From: Promethearchaeota archaeon
GTDB lineage: Archaea > Asgardarchaeota > Lokiarchaeia > Sigyniarchaeales > SOKP01
NCBI GenBank assembly: GCA_048941285.1
Contig: JBHLNS010000045.1
Span: 1-24,969 of the forward strand
Length of the DNA: 24,969 nt
Direction of reading: 5' to 3'
Of this stretch, positions 24,314 through 24,969 are shown one piece after another. Below the pieces are notes generated by a model. The model did no database searches. It worked only from the letters and a program-made list of their open reading frames with translations, and was not told the origin of the DNA. The stretch's first letter is position 1, and each line of letters opens with the position of its first letter. Both the position numbers and the translations under genes were made by a program.

Positions 24314-24969
24314 CTATTTTTTATCAATAACGATATTCCCGTTATTGTCAACATTTATTAAGTGATTGAATGTAATATATAAGAAGATCCTAAAATTTCT
24401 CAGATTTATTAATTTCAATTTAAATTCACTAAGATATAATACTGCTCTGCTTAGAATATTAACTATAAGAATGATCATGAGATAGACAATACCAAATAAT
24501 AAGAAATCATTGGGTAATATGAAATGTAAATTAGCAACTAACATACATGATACAAATGAAATTAGACCAATACCTACGTTAAACTTACGAGATTTTCGAG
24601 AATATTGGGTTATCATTAACCCCTTAACTATAGCAGAGATACTAATAATACAGAATGGAAAATTAATTAAGTTTAGTATATTTACGTGGGTGACAATAGG
24701 TCTTGTTAAAATAAAAGTCAAAATTAGGCATGCAAATATAATAGCAAAAATCCCCTTTATAATTTTGAGAATTTTGAGTTTGGTCCTCTTTTTAAAACCA
24801 TTAATAATGGTCAAAGCCCCAAATACTAATAATGAAAAATGTAGATAAATTATTACAGACATAACGCCTTCTCTTCTGTAAGCAAAAATACTAAAATATA
24901 AGTATCCAAAAAGACCAATAATAAAAATATTCTTTTCAGCTCGCAGTTTTTGGTCGCTATTAATATTTA
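24314..24969 (-). CDS. multi-pass membrane protein (DUF308/HdeD-like repeats); 5' end outside the window
   Basis: Frame remains open from ATG 24862 to the window edge (NINSDQKLRAEKNIFIIGLFG...); repeated G...II.G...R....I..G hydrophobic hairpins. Confidence 0.6.
   Translation of the reverse strand, partial: NINSDQKLRAEKNIFIIGLFGYLYFSIFAYRREGVMSVIIYLHFSLLVFGALTIINGFKKRTKLKILKIIKGIFAIIFACLILTFILTRPIVTHVNILNLINFPFCIISISAIVKGLMITQYSRKSRKFNVGIGLISFVSCMLVANLHFILPNDFLLFGIVYLMIILIVNILSRAVLYLSEFKLKLINLRNFRIFLYITFNHLINVDNNGNIVIDKK

Noticed and set aside
308-24848. Short overlapping or antisense ORFs in the track (308-490, 2718-3032, 5414-5671, 5470-5661, 7602-7796, 11512-11721, 14952-15179, 15666-15869, 17992-18189, 18217-18486, 18928-19113, 18984-19241, 20572-20775, 22880-23062, 23833-24156, 24510-24848)
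   Set aside because: All lie within or largely overlap well-supported genes in other frames and have no motifs; treated as shadow ORFs.
1-24969. tRNA, rRNA or intact mobile-element genes
   Set aside because: No cloverleaf, GC-rich rRNA-like segment, transposase or integrase was recognised.

Overview
AT-rich archaeal-type DNA (TATA-box promoters, T-tract terminators, many TTG/GTG starts). Gene content (HdrA/HdrD/MvhD, SAMP/MoaD-E1-TusA, a DENN/longin-like protein, a serine racemase-like enzyme) fits an Asgard (Lokiarchaeia-like) archaeon; this taxonomy is inferred. Left to right: the 3' end of a large acidic repeat protein; decayed remnants of a wHTH gene and of mvhD; an acyltransferase-3; an hdrA-hdrD-hdrA-mvhD cluster with two double-FAD HdrA paralogues; a MarR-like wHTH; a tandem-wHTH/MerB-fold protein; an orphan NMT1/SsuA-type binding protein; a sulfur-relay set (MoaD/SAMP, TusA, MoeB/E1); then metabolic genes, an HD-domain protein, a DENN-like + GNAT pair and a partial membrane protein. 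The most unusual signal is non-coding. An identical palindrome ATGCAA-AAA-TTGCAT, followed 5 nt later by TTTATATA, occurs twice. One copy faces the E1-TusA genes. The other faces an unannotated ~118-nt element (13750-13867) closed by a long terminal stem and containing CTAACCCTAACCCTAACCC, the complement of the TTAGGG telomere repeat. All protein calls come from motif recognition by eye, not database searches.
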